IMG/VR virus record: IMGVR_UViG_3300046744_000205
Span: 1 to 61,200 of that record
Direction: 5' to 3' (one strand)
DNA from: a virus
Taxonomy: Duplodnaviria; Caudoviricetes
Length of the DNA: 61,200 nucleotides
Part shown: piece after piece, positions 15,185 through 25,300 of the stretch
Layout of the letters: every line of letters begins with the position of its first letter
How positions within the stretch are numbered: the stretch's first letter is position 1
The notes under the pieces: generated by a model
What the model saw: the letters and a program-made list of their open reading frames with translations, nothing else
Database searches by the model: none
Told to the model about the DNA's origin: nothing
Program-made: the position numbers and the translations under genes

Positions 15185-17556
15185 CAATATTTAAAAACAT
15201 CAAAGAAACAGAGACCCCTTTCTATAGAAGCATAAGCTTTGTATTGGATAGGATAAAGAACGGTGATAGTAAGGATCTAGTAAAGAGAATAAGGTCTGAG
15301 AAGGATAAGACAGCACGAAACGATCTAAAGAAAAATCTACCTGCTGTGTGCTTTAGTGGTAAATTTAATAAAAGAAATGATAACTCATTAGTAGAGCATA
15401 GTGGTTTCATATGTCTAGACTTTGATAACTATGCAAAGGTTAAGGATATGCAGGATGATAAGTCCAAGATATCTAAAGACAAGTATGTCTATTCTGTTTT
15501 TGTATCTCCATCAGGTAAGGGTCTTAAGGTTATCGTAAAGATACCTTGCGATATAGAAAACCATGTAAACTATTTTATATCATTAGAAGAATACTTCTCT
15601 TCTCCATACTTCGATAAGACATCTAAGAATATAAGTAGGGTCTGTTATGAGTCTTATGATAAGGATATCTATGTCAATGAAGACTCTAAGATGTGGGATA
15701 AGATAAAAGAAAGGGAGTATAAAGAGATTGATGTGTCATCTACATATAAAAGCATACCTATAACGGATGAGACAAAAATAATAGACATATTGATGAAGTG
15801 GTGGGAGAAGAAGTATCCCATGAACGAGGGTCAAAGAAACCACAACGCATATATATTAGCTATGGCATTTAATGATTATGGTATAGTTAAAACAACAGCA
15901 TCATATATATTAAACCAATACTCTAATGACGACTTCCCTGTAAGCGAGATACACAACACTATAGAGTCAGCATACAGAAATACAAATAAGTTTAACACAA
16001 AGTACTATGAGGATGAGGATAAGATAAACTATATTAAACTAAAATTAAGAGGCGGTGCTACAAGAAATGAAATTATATCTGAGATTCTTGATGAGAATGA
16101 TGATCTATCTTCTGATGATATTGGTAAGGTCGTTACGGATATTGAAAAAGAGCAATCTAGCACGCAGTTTTGGAGTAAAAGCGAAAAGGGTACAATAAAA
16201 ATAATAGCATACTCATTTAAAAAGTTTTTAGAAAAAAATGGATTCTATAAGATATATCCTGAGGGTAGTCAGAACTATATATTTGTTCGTATAGTTACAA
16301 ACCTTATTGATAACACATCGGCAGAGGAGATAAAAGACTTTGTTCTAGATCACCTTATGGGAATAGAAGACATTTCTATATATAACTTTTTTGCAGAGAG
16401 GGTTTCTTATTTTCAAGATAACTTTTTAAATCTATTAGAAACTATTGATATACACTTCATGGAAGACACGAAGGATTATTCTTATCTTTATTATCAAAAC
16501 TGTGCTGTAAAGGTAACAAGAGATGGTATTGAAGTAATAGACTATATGGATTTAGATGGTTATGTTTGGAAGGATCATGTGATAAATAGAAGCTTTGCTT
16601 TATGTGATGTGGATGATTGTGATTACAAGACATTTATATCTAGAATATGTAATAATAAAAGAGATAGGATAGATACAATTGAATCAACAATTGGTTTTAT
16701 GATGCACGGATATAAGAATCTGTCTTACTGCCCGGCTGTAATATTAAATGATGAGGTTATGTCTGAGAATCCTGAAGGAGGAACAGGTAAAGGAATATTT
16801 ATGAATGCACTAGGTCATATGAAAAAGCTAGTAGTGATTGATGGCAAGGCATTCAACTTTGAGAAGTCATTCCCATATCAAACCGTATCAGCAGATACAC
16901 AGCTACTATGTTTTGATGATGTAAAAAAATCATTTGACTTTGAAAGATTATTCAGCGTTATTACTGAAGGTCTTACGTTGGAGAAGAAAAACAAGGATGC
17001 AATAAAGATACCATACATAAAGTCACCTAAGGTTGCCATAACAACAAACTACGCTATTAAGGGGAGTGGTAATTCATTTGCAAGACGTAAGTGGGAGATT
17101 GAATTACATCAGCACTACAACAGAAACAATACACCATATGATGAGTTTGGTAGACACTTCTTTGAAGATTGGGATAGAGACGAATGGTGTTTGTTTGATA
17201 GCTACATGGTTAACTGCCTTAGTAGTTATATGAGAACAGGTCTTATGGAAAGCGATTTCGTAAACCTCAAAGCTAGATCATTAGAGGCTACAACCTGCTA
17301 TGATTTTATTGAATGGTGTGGTGTTATAAATGGAGATCCAAATCCAATACTACCATTAGATACTAGGCTTATGGGTAATGAATTGTTTAATCATTTTGTT
17401 TTAGATTATCCTGACTACGGTCCAAGAGCAAAGCTATCTATTAGTCGGACTGTTTTTTACAGATGGATAAAGGCTTATGGTATGTATATGACCGGCAGAG
17501 AACCTGAGAAAGGAAAAGACAACTATGGGCAATGGATCATATTAAGAAGCAGATGA
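15169..17556 (+). CDS. Primase-helicase (BT4734/VirE-N-like primase, PriCT, P-loop helicase)
   Basis: KKNLPAVCFSG, ICLDFD, SPSGKGLK, DKTSKNISRVCYES, EGQRN, GGTGKG Walker A, FDD Walker B. Confidence 0.88.
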   Translation: MEKNVTIFKNIKETETPFYRSISFVLDRIKNGDSKDLVKRIRSEKDKTARNDLKKNLPAVCFSGKFNKRNDNSLVEHSGFICLDFDNYAKVKDMQDDKSKISKDKYVYSVFVSPSGKGLKVIVKIPCDIENHVNYFISLEEYFSSPYFDKTSKNISRVCYESYDKDIYVNEDSKMWDKIKEREYKEIDVSSTYKSIPITDETKIIDILMKWWEKKYPMNEGQRNHNAYILAMAFNDYGIVKTTASYILNQYSNDDFPVSEIHNTIESAYRNTNKFNTKYYEDEDKINYIKLKLRGGATRNEIISEILDENDDLSSDDIGKVVTDIEKEQSSTQFWSKSEKGTIKIIAYSFKKFLEKNGFYKIYPEGSQNYIFVRIVTNLIDNTSAEEIKDFVLDHLMGIEDISIYNFFAERVSYFQDNFLNLLETIDIHFMEDTKDYSYLYYQNCAVKVTRDGIEVIDYMDLDGYVWKDHVINRSFALCDVDDCDYKTFISRICNNKRDRIDTIESTIGFMMHGYKNLSYCPAVILNDEVMSENPEGGTGKGIFMNALGHMKKLVVIDGKAFNFEKSFPYQTVSADTQLLCFDDVKKSFDFERLFSVITEGLTLEKKNKDAIKIPYIKSPKVAITTNYAIKGSGNSFARRKWEIELHQHYNRNNTPYDEFGRHFFEDWDRDEWCLFDSYMVNCLSSYMRTGLMESDFVNLKARSLEATTCYDFIEWCGVINGDPNPILPLDTRLMGNELFNHFVLDYPDYGPRAKLSISRTVFYRWIKAYGMYMTGREPEKGKDNYGQWIILRSR

Positions 17557-18971
17557 AAGGATTATATCAGATAACAGCACAGAAGGGGAAAAAGATAATA
17601 TCTTCTGAAGTATACGGAGATTCTGACGATAAAGCCTCTCTGTTTGCGAGGCTAATGAATAGACATAAGATTGTTCATTCACAAAGACCATTGTTTAAGA
17701 TTATTGAAATAAAGTTAAACAAAGATATGAGTAAATCAAGTTTTAAGTTTAGAGATTACCAAAAGAAAATAATCAATGACGGTAGTGACGTATTGATTGA
17801 CAAGGGATTCCTGTACCTCGCTATGGAAGTGAGGACAGGAAAAACCCTAACAAGCCTTGGTATTGCTGATAAGATTGGTGTAGGTAATGTTCTTTTCTTG
17901 ACAAAGAAAAAAGCGATCAGCACCATCGAGTCTGACTACGCAATGCTTAACCCTAAATATAACCTAGTGGTTATGAACTACGAGAGCATCCACAAGCTAC
18001 CACAAGATATGTGGGACTTTATTGTATGTGATGAGGCACACAGTATGGGTGCGTTCCCTAAGCCAAGTAAACGTGCCAAGCAAGTGCGTGAGCTGATAGC
18101 TAAGAACAATCCATATGTCATACTGATGTCAGGAACACCAACACCTGAATCATTCAGTCAGATGTATCATCAGGTCTATGGTATAAAAAACAACCCATTT
18201 AAGCAGTATAAGAACTTCTATAGATTCTGTGATGACTATGTAAGGGTAACTGAAAAGAAGATAAATGGTCTTACAATTAGAGATTACTCTAACGGAAATC
18301 AGAGTATAATTGATGTAATGAAAGCATACACGATTAGTTACTCTCAGAAAGAGGCGGGTTTTAAGGTTGATACCCGGGAACATAAGCTGTATGTAAAGAT
18401 GGATGATGTTACATACAAGGTGGCTAATAAACTTAAGAAGGATCTAGTGGTTGAAGGAAAAGATGAGGCTATACTTGGAGACACTAGTGTAAAGCTAATG
18501 ACTAAGTTACATCAGATATATTCAGGCACGGTTAAGTTTGAATCAGGTAACTCAAAGATACTTGATTTGAGCAAAGCGAGCTTTATACACGATAACTTTG
18601 GCGACAGTAAGGTAGGTATCTTCTATAAGTTTAAAGAGGAGTACAACGCCTTAAAAGAGGTGTACGGGGATAATCTATGTACAGAGCTAGATGAGTTCAA
18701 TACAACAGATAAAACCATAGCCCTACAGATTCAATCAGGTAGAGAAGGTATTAGTCTTCGCAAAGCTAAGGCATTAGTGTACTATAATATTGATTTTAGT
18801 GCCACAAGCTATTGGCAGAGTAGGGATAGGATGACAACTAAGGATAGATTAGAGAGTGATGTGTATTGGGTATTTGCCGAAGGTGGTATTGAAGATAAGA
18901 TATACAAGGCTGTATCTAACAAGAAAGACTACACCACTAAACACTTTAAGAAAGATTTGTTAACTTTGTAG
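17553..18971 (+). CDS. SF2 (SNF2-like) helicase
   Basis: RDYQ, EVRTGKT, DEAH, SGTP, GREGISL, QSRDR; ATGA overlap with primase stop. Confidence 0.88.
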   Translation: MKGLYQITAQKGKKIISSEVYGDSDDKASLFARLMNRHKIVHSQRPLFKIIEIKLNKDMSKSSFKFRDYQKKIINDGSDVLIDKGFLYLAMEVRTGKTLTSLGIADKIGVGNVLFLTKKKAISTIESDYAMLNPKYNLVVMNYESIHKLPQDMWDFIVCDEAHSMGAFPKPSKRAKQVRELIAKNNPYVILMSGTPTPESFSQMYHQVYGIKNNPFKQYKNFYRFCDDYVRVTEKKINGLTIRDYSNGNQSIIDVMKAYTISYSQKEAGFKVDTREHKLYVKMDDVTYKVANKLKKDLVVEGKDEAILGDTSVKLMTKLHQIYSGTVKFESGNSKILDLSKASFIHDNFGDSKVGIFYKFKEEYNALKEVYGDNLCTELDEFNTTDKTIALQIQSGREGISLRKAKALVYYNIDFSATSYWQSRDRMTTKDRLESDVYWVFAEGGIEDKIYKAVSNKKDYTTKHFKKDLLTL

Positions 18972-18973
18972 CA

Positions 18974-19363
18974 ATGAAAAGCAGAAGAAACTCTCGTGCC
19001 GGCAAGCACCCATCTTATGATAAGCTAGGTATGTCTGAAGAAAGACGTAAGAAAAAAATAGCATATGATAAGAAATACCACGCCACAAAAAAACGTAAAA
19101 AGTATCGTGCAGAACTTAATAGAAAGAACAAAGAGGAAGGTACTTATGGTAATGGTGATGGGAAGGATGCTAGTCACACAAAAGACGGACGCTTGGTTAA
19201 AGAAAAAAGAAGCAGTAATCGTGCTAGGAATGGTCAGAACGGCAAGTCCACTAAGAGAGACTTGAGTAAACCATTATCTAAAAGTAAGTTCGATCCTGCT
19301 GATTACAATAAAAATGGTTACGTCTCCAAGAAAGAACGGAGAAGGTACAACAAAAATAAATGA
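18974..19363 (+). CDS. Basic HNH-like protein with C-terminal EF-hand-like loop
   Basis: GDGKDASH...SNRARN; DYNKNGYVSKKE. Confidence 0.55.
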   Translation: MKSRRNSRAGKHPSYDKLGMSEERRKKKIAYDKKYHATKKRKKYRAELNRKNKEEGTYGNGDGKDASHTKDGRLVKEKRSSNRARNGQNGKSTKRDLSKPLSKSKFDPADYNKNGYVSKKERRRYNKNK

Positions 19364-19602
19364 CCGAACAGCAGATACAGAAGAAGAGGATAAAAGAATT
19401 AGAAGAGAAAGGATATTACGTTCTTAAGTTAGTTAAGACGAATAAGAATGGAATCCCCGATGTATTAGCAATACCACCCGGCGCTGCTGTCATATTTAGC
19501 GAGATCAAAACCAAGACAGGTAAGCTGTCAAAACTACAAGAATATAGACTAAAAGAACTTAGTACATTCGGTTTTAAAACTGAAGTGTATAGAGGTGAAT
19601 AA
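19360..19602 (+). CDS. VRR-NUC nuclease
   Basis: EQQIQ, GIPD, FSEIK, GKLSKLQ. Confidence 0.85.
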   Translation: MTEQQIQKKRIKELEEKGYYVLKLVKTNKNGIPDVLAIPPGAAVIFSEIKTKTGKLSKLQEYRLKELSTFGFKTEVYRGE

Positions 19603-19614
19603 TTAATTAATAAT

Positions 19615-19776
19615 ATGAATAATACAACAGACAGTCATCATCCCCTAAACCAACAGTTTTGGGAGTATGGTCAAAACTTTTGTGTAGATTGCTTGAGGTC
19701 AGGAGACCTTGTGTTAGACTGCACACACAGCACAGAAGTCTTGTGTAAAGAATGCAAGGCTTTAAGAGAGAAATAA
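19615..19776 (+). CDS. Small zinc-finger protein (53 aa)
   Basis: Manual translation; CVDC...CKEC; followed by terminator. Confidence 0.55.
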   Translation: MNNTTDSHHPLNQQFWEYGQNFCVDCLRSGDLVLDCTHSTEVLCKECKALREK

Positions 19777-19805
19777 AAAAAGCCCTCTTGGTCTTGAGGG
19801 CTTTT
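19777..19805 (+). terminator. Intrinsic (possibly bidirectional) terminator
   Basis: AAAAGCCCTC...GAGGGCTTTT. Confidence 0.75.
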
Positions 19806-19873
19806 AATAATGATAAAGAAATAATCCCTTTCAGGGAATAGCACAAAATTAAATTAAATAAATTAAAAAACAA

Positions 19874-20503
19874 ATGAAATTAGTAAAAGATGTAGATACG
19901 GAATATAAAGATTATTTGCGTATCAGAAATGTTTTAAAAAAAGGGTACAGCGACCCTAGTACAATATCCTCTCTTTGTAAAAAGCATTGGGCAGATACTG
20001 AAAGAATTAAAAATGTAAAAGAAAAACTAGAGCATCTCGTTGAGTGGGGTCAGGTTGAAAAGATTGAAACACAGAAAAGCATCGGTGTAAAAAGTGGAGT
20101 GGTTAAAACATATAAGTACGTCCTTAAAGAAACCTCACCATCATTATATTCATCTCTAGGTGTAGATAGTGTTGTCGGATGGCAAAAAATAGGCAGTATG
20201 AAAGGTAGAATAAGATTTGATAAGTTACTTAATATTATATCTAGCTTTTACTCACAGCCAAAATTATTGATACTTTCTAATTGTAGGAGAAGAGAATTTG
20301 TAGTTCCTAGGCAAATGTTCTGTTACATCGCTAAATTCAATATGCCTAATATAACATTAAAAGAGATAGGTTCTTTTTTAGGAGGTAGGGATCACTCTAC
20401 AGTTATACATGGCATTAAAACAGCAGGAGATCTTATTGAAACAGATAAGCAATTTAGGGAAGAATATAAAAGGTTAGAAAGTTTTATTTTATCTAAGTTA
20501 TGA
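19874..20503 (+). CDS. Protein with C-terminal DnaA domain IV
   Basis: RRREFVVPRQMFCY...TLKEIGSFLGGRDHSTVIHG, the DnaA signature. Confidence 0.85.
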   Translation: MKLVKDVDTEYKDYLRIRNVLKKGYSDPSTISSLCKKHWADTERIKNVKEKLEHLVEWGQVEKIETQKSIGVKSGVVKTYKYVLKETSPSLYSSLGVDSVVGWQKIGSMKGRIRFDKLLNIISSFYSQPKLLILSNCRRREFVVPRQMFCYIAKFNMPNITLKEIGSFLGGRDHSTVIHGIKTAGDLIETDKQFREEYKRLESFILSKL

Positions 20504-20748
20504 GTATGTTATCTACAATATTGGAATGGTTTGACGAAGAGGAATTTTTAATAGCAGATGGTTTCGATGAAGCTATTATCGGCATAGATGAATCTTCATA
20601 TAGAATAATATATTCTTGCAAGAAATGCATACAGATATTAATGGACGAAGGTATGCTTCATGAAGATGCAATAGAGCATTTTGAATACAACGTCAGGGGA
20701 TCTTACGTAGGAGAAAAAACACCAATATGGTGCGTTGATCATATTTAA
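20500..20748 (+). CDS. Hypothetical phage protein
   Basis: ADGFDEAIIG...YNVRGSYVGEKTP. Confidence 0.75.
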   Translation: MSMLSTILEWFDEEEFLIADGFDEAIIGIDESSYRIIYSCKKCIQILMDEGMLHEDAIEHFEYNVRGSYVGEKTPIWCVDHI

Positions 20749-20780
20749 TTTGCATAATTAAAATATATTACTTAGGTTTG
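20749..20780 (+). promoter_or_regulatory. Promoter
   Basis: TTTG-N20-TAGGTTTG. Confidence 0.7.
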
Positions 20781-20791
20781 AAACCACAGGG

Positions 20792-20980
20792 ATGAAAATA
20801 TCTGCATACGAAAAGGAGAGATTAGCTCACATCAACTACAAGATGGGAGTTATTCACGACTTTGTAGATGACATCTATGAACTTCTAGTCGACAGAGATT
20901 TTGATGAATTGAGTGATGTGCTTGTCGAGTTAATCGAGGAGTTAAGAGAAATTCAATTATCAATTACCGATGAGCTATAG
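20792..20980 (+). CDS. Hypothetical acidic protein
   Basis: ORF track. Confidence 0.65.
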   Translation: MKISAYEKERLAHINYKMGVIHDFVDDIYELLVDRDFDELSDVLVELIEELREIQLSITDEL

Positions 20981-21686
20981 TGATTTTAGACCAAGACTAA
21001 AAGGCAACAAGAAAGATGCCTACCTAAATTTAACCAAAAACGAAAAGCGTATACTTGTTATAGGTGACCTGCACGCTCCATTTACCCTTGAAGGGTACTT
21101 TGAGTTCTGTAAGGACACCTATGCAAAGTATAATTGCAATCAAGTAATATTTATTGGTGATATAATAGACAATCATTACTCGTCATTTCACGCAACAGAC
21201 CCGGATGGGATGGGCGGTGGAGATGAGCTTGACTATGCGATTGAAGAGATTGCTAAGTGGCGAGATGAGTTTCCAAAAGCAGATGTGTGTATTGGAAACC
21301 ACGATAGAATAATAATGCGTAAGGCTTTTGATTCTCAGATTCCTGCACGTTGGATTAAAAATTACAATGATGTACTTGGAACTAATTGGAATTGGGTTGA
21401 GCAGGTTGTCTATGATGGTGTACAATACGTTCACGGTGAAGGAGGAACAGCACGAACTAAATCTAAGAATGATATGATGTCAACCGTGCAGGGGCATATT
21501 CATACACAGGCATATACCGAATGGAATGTAGGTAAGAACTTTAAGATATTCGGAATGCAGGTAGGTTGTGGAGTTGATGGTAAGTCATACGCAGCAGCGT
21601 ATGCTAAGAACTTCAAGAAGCAAGCTATTGGATGTGGTGTAGTATTTGGTGGACATACAGCAATTAACTGTATGATGGAGCTATGA
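20970..21686 (+). CDS. Calcineurin-like metallophosphoesterase
   Basis: GDLH, GDIID, GNHD, HG, GHIH motifs. Confidence 0.92.
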   Translation: MSYSDFRPRLKGNKKDAYLNLTKNEKRILVIGDLHAPFTLEGYFEFCKDTYAKYNCNQVIFIGDIIDNHYSSFHATDPDGMGGGDELDYAIEEIAKWRDEFPKADVCIGNHDRIIMRKAFDSQIPARWIKNYNDVLGTNWNWVEQVVYDGVQYVHGEGGTARTKSKNDMMSTVQGHIHTQAYTEWNVGKNFKIFGMQVGCGVDGKSYAAAYAKNFKKQAIGCGVVFGGHTAINCMMEL

Positions 21687-22117
21687 CAAAAAGATTTGAA
21701 TCAAAAAAAGATTTGGATAGAGAGTCCAAAGCAATAAAAAAATTCTTAAGTGCATTTAATGGTTCGGCAATCAAGCTAGGACCACACGATATAGACTACA
21801 AGATATTTGACAATGACGGTAATGCTATATGCTATGCTGAGGTAAAGGGTAGGATAAGAGATATGAAAGATGCATATCCACTACCGATAGCTGCTAGAAA
21901 ATTAGTTAAATTAGCAGACAAAGAACTTGAAGGAGTTATTATATGGGCTTGCAATGATGGCATCATATACGGTCAACCTTCTAAGCTAAAAGGAACAGTA
22001 AGGTACGCAGGCAGAATTCCAAGACCGGGAGCAGCTAATGACCAAGAGATAATGATATACTACAGCAAACAAGACAATTTAAAATGGAAAACAGACCAAA
22101 CTACGAAGAATTCATAA
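21683..22117 (+). CDS. PD-(D/E)XK (restriction-like) nuclease
   Basis: E...IDY...AEVKGR. Confidence 0.6.
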   Translation: MTKRFESKKDLDRESKAIKKFLSAFNGSAIKLGPHDIDYKIFDNDGNAICYAEVKGRIRDMKDAYPLPIAARKLVKLADKELEGVIIWACNDGIIYGQPSKLKGTVRYAGRIPRPGAANDQEIMIYYSKQDNLKWKTDQTTKNS

Positions 22118-22141
22118 TAGCATTATTAATAAATTCAGCTA

Positions 22142-22321
22142 TTATTTTATACGTCCTAAAGGTTTTATTCTAAACTTTTTAGGCTTAAAAACATTCTTGT
22201 TTTTTTTAGGCTTCTTCCTTTCAGGAAGATTACTTGATCCATATTTCCTCTCCCACTTTTTTGCAAGTTCGGGGAGATTCTTATACATATATCTTCTTTG
22301 GGCTTTACTTTTAAATGGCAT
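22142..22321 (-). CDS. Small basic protein (59 aa, MPFKSKAQRRYMY...)
   Basis: Manual translation; last gene of late block. Confidence 0.7.
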   Translation of the reverse strand: MPFKSKAQRRYMYKNLPELAKKWERKYGSSNLPERKKPKKNKNVFKPKKFRIKPLGRIK

Positions 22322-22330
22322 ATCAAACTA

Positions 22331-25300
22331 TCATCTTCTCTTACTTCTCGTGTTTCGTCCTTCTCTTTTTGCTCCTGACCTTCCCTTTTCCCCTGTAGGA
22401 GCTTTTACATCTCCAAGTCTGTCAATGAATTTTTGCTCTTCAGCTTCCTCTTTTTTTACGGCATCTACATAATCTTTATCTCTCACTTCTTGTCTTAATC
22501 TATTAGGCTGATAAGAAGGAGTTACGCCTAATGCGTTCATCATTTCCTCTTCTTGTTCCATAAAATCCATTTTATCTGCTGAGAAATAATTATAAGTGCC
22601 AATAAAAGGATCAACATTAAATCCTACTAAAGCCTCAGCCGCAGGTCTAGCAGAATTAAATAAGAATCCTCTGTCAGAATCAGCATTTTTTAATGTTCTT
22701 CGGTAAATGACATTAAATGGATTTACCACATCTTGAGATCTAAATTTAGGTTTTTCATAAAAATCGTTATCTAAATACGCTATAGCCTTTCCTCCTAAGT
22801 CAAGCTCTTCTAGCGTACTACCAATTAAGGGGACTGCATATAATTGCTTCGTAAATAACATAATCTCTTTAAGAGAATCCATCACTTCCTTTAAATCTTC
22901 ATCATCTCCCTTTATTAACCTGAATATATTAGCTGTCATTTCAAATAGTATGTTTACTAAAAACCCATTTATAACAAAGCTTCTTACATCTTCTGTCCTT
23001 GGGACTTGACTTGAAAAAATAGACCTATATATATTTCTAGTGCTTTGAGCTAGTTTATTTTGTTGTGCAAAAATTGCACTACCAAACATAAGAAAAGTTC
23101 TTACTAAAGGATTCTTAGAACCTTGCAATTGAGTTCTTTCTGTTTCCCTTCTAGTTTGCTGAGTAGAGTTATAGTCGTTAAGTAATCTAAGTGCATCACT
23201 TTTATTCATGCCATTGGCAATATTTCTTTTGTAGTTGATCATATATCCAAGAACACCAAGAACATCACCAATAGTTGTTGGTGCACCTTGAACGGCAGCA
23301 AGCTTTGCAGCACCTCTATCAGCCCTAGTAAACTTTCTTCTTCCACCTCTTAATCTAATTCCTGTTCCTGATTCCAAACTATATACCTCACCTTTAAGTG
23401 CCTGCTTCCAACGATCTTTAAAATCAGGAGAAGCTTCAAGGGCTTCAGCAATAACACCATCTTTGCCTATCAAATCCTTTCCTAGTGACGCATACATTCT
23501 TGCAGCATCAATTAAAAACATCATTAAATCTACTCTTCTTCTAATAATTGATGGCACTTTTCCTTTGTAGTTCTCACCAAAATAATCATATTTAGGGAAA
23601 GCCTGAATAAATGATATAGTTTGTTTCGCAATCTGTATAGTTTTGAAACCTAAAACAACCCTAGTCATATTACTTAGCAATCCTCTAAAAGGAGCAAAAC
23701 CTTTATATGCATCTACACCAAGTGAATTAGGCGATAACTGTTTAAGAACAAATGCTCTAATTGCATTATCAATATAAAGATTTTTAAGAAGGATTTTAAC
23801 AGCAGGTATTTCAAAAAAAGATTGAAGTTCTTTAGCTCCCTTTGCATAAGCCTTATATCCCTCCATGGTATTTATATACCTGTCAAGTTTTGTGAAAAAA
23901 TCTATATCTGTTAAATCAACATCTGTTTCTTTATCTGTTCTTGCTTTCCAATATGGAGCTGTTTCTGTGTTGAAAGATTCAGAGAAATTTCCATCTTTTG
24001 TTAATTCGCTATATTTTTTACTATCTTTTTCTGTACTTAATGTCGTTAATGGGAAATAATTTTCTATTGCTCCTAAATTATTATAGTTTACTTCAGAATA
24101 TACTTCATTTATACCATCATAGTATTCATTACTTAAAAAGTCTACGATAGAATCGGCAAATGCTGTTAATTCTTTTCCAAGATGTTTTTCTATAGCATCT
24201 ATTTTATCTTGAGTAAATCCTTGTTTCTCAAGTTTTTTCTTTACATTTTCATTTTTCCAATACGCATATATGGTCATAAGCTCACTAGGACCAAACGTAC
24301 CTATACTTTTGCCCCCCAAAGAACTAACGATACCATCTATTTCCATGCTACCCTTTCTTTGTGCTATAACCTGAATAGCTTTGTATCCTTTTAGCGTTAC
24401 CCCTGTCTTTGACTTATATTTAGCACCTATGTTATCTACTATTGAATTTAATTTTTTTTCCATAGCCTGCAACCCTGCAAGTCTATTCGTATTCATTACA
24501 TTCAACTTATCGTATATTTTTTTTCTAAATAGATTAAACCCTTTGGTAGTCCTGTCAGCTATATTGGTTAGCGTTTCAATGTTATTCATAAGATTATTTT
24601 TAAGTGATCTTATCATATAGGTATAACCACCGTATTTAAATAACTTTACATAATCACTAATCGCTTCAGGTATTTTTAGTTGTTTAAACTTTTTATATAT
24701 TTCTAGTCTTTTAGCTTTTATTTGGTTGTTGTCTAAGAGATTTCCTTTATCATCAAATAACTCAGGGTTGGTTTCTTTTATTTGATTTACAGCTTCTGCT
24801 TCTTCCTCTAAACGCTTTTTAGACTCAATAGACTGTATATCTTTTAAAACTTGTATACCTTCTTTTTTATTACTTTTTAAACCATTATATACCTCAATAA
24901 CCTCCTCCAAAGTCATATTGTCTATGTTGTTAAACATTTTATATGCCAAGAAATCATTATATATTTTAATCTCTTTTGGAGTTAGTTTTTCTTCTTTGTC
25001 TACTTTTTCTTGTATTTGATCATTTAAATATTGGTTTTCATTTATGGCTGCTGCCAACGCATCTATTTTTATTTGATCTCCACTAGTTAATGTTTGAAAA
25101 ATATCTTTTGCACTTTTAAAGAAACTTTTGGCATCCTTACCAATTTTTGCTTTTCTTGTAGAGCTATCTTTTATAAGTTTTTTTATTGACTTAATAGTCT
25201 TTGCTTTATCGGATGCTCTCTTTTTTCGTATAGCATTTAATATTTTTTCTGTTTCTATTTTTACATTAACCATCGTTAATGATCCAATGCTTTTTATAAT

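Noticed and set aside
19607-19873. Minus-strand 88-aa ORF from the track
   Set aside because: Crosses a terminator; the + strand CxxC ORF 19615-19776 fits the operon better
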